24,534 bases of DNA, taken from the IMG/VR virus record IMGVR_UViG_2698536676_000006; one strand, 5' to 3'. Below, piece after piece: positions 24,331 through 24,534 of the stretch. The notes under the pieces were generated by a model, which did no database searches, was not told where the DNA came from, and was given only the letters and a program-made list of their open reading frames with translations. A program made the position numbers and the translations under genes. This DNA comes from a virus (lineage: Duplodnaviria > Heunggongvirae > Uroviricota > Caudoviricetes). The number at the start of each line of letters is the position of its first letter. Position 1 is the stretch's first letter.

Positions 24331-24534
24331 GGTGATGCTGCCAACTTACTGATTTAGTGTATGATGGTGTTTTTGAGGTGCTCCAGTGGCTTCTGTTTCT
24401 ATCAGCTGTCCCTCCTGTTCAGCTACTGACGGGGTGGTGCGTAACGGCAAAAGCACCGCCGGACATCAGCGCTATCTCTGCTCTCACTGCCGTAAAACAT
24501 GGCAACTGCAGTTCACTTACACCGCTTCTCAACC
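24331..24534 (+). mobile_element. IS1 left-end fragment; element continues right of the window
   Basis: GGTGATGCTGCCAACTTACTGATTTAGTGTATGATGGTG...CACCGCTTCTCAACC matches the IS1 5' end. Confidence 0.9.
24386..24534 (+). CDS. insA: IS1 InsA, 5' partial
   Basis: GTG GCT TCT GTT TCT ATC AGC TGT CCC..., the InsA N-terminus. Confidence 0.75.
   Translation, partial: MASVSISCPSCSATDGVVRNGKSTAGHQRYLCSHCRKTWQLQFTYTASQ

Noticed and set aside
1-24534. CRISPR array
   Set aside because: No run of regularly spaced identical repeats with unique spacers; the only tandem repeats are the two diverged hairpins at 8561-8670.
1-24534. Treating the IS1-flanked window as a proven composite transposon
   Set aside because: Both window edges fall inside IS1, which is also what an assembly break inside a repeat looks like; the data here cannot distinguish the two.

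Overview
This window is a mosaic of mobile DNA bounded at both ends by the first 204 bp of IS1 (1-204 on the minus strand, 24331-24534 on the plus strand, exact reverse complements of each other). Between them sit two integrative elements in tandem. (1) A defective P2-like prophage (about 205-17864): a tail fibre assembly gene, a gpH-like tail fibre, baseplate genes I, J and W, a fused capsid-N/baseplate-V remnant, scaffold gpO, a C-terminally truncated terminase gpP, replication endonuclease gpA, a leftward early operon of small genes, a CI-type repressor, two cargo genes, and a P2-type integrase next to a 3' fragment of tRNA-Leu(UAA). Two internal deletions make it non-viable. (2) The integrase-proximal part of a tRNA-associated island with a P4-family integrase (about 17965-24325), whose cargo is AT-rich and uncharacterised: a zinc-ribbon protein, a three-gene operon of small proteins, a small HTH protein, and a WYL-domain regulator co-oriented with an alpha/beta-hydrolase. 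The best candidates for an undescribed system are the three-gene operon, the WYL regulator plus hydrolase pair, and the two cargo genes between repressor and integrase; all are inferred from position and motifs only. No CRISPR array or rRNA was found. All family assignments come from reading the translations against remembered sequences (P2 proteins, IS1, leuZ), not from database searches.
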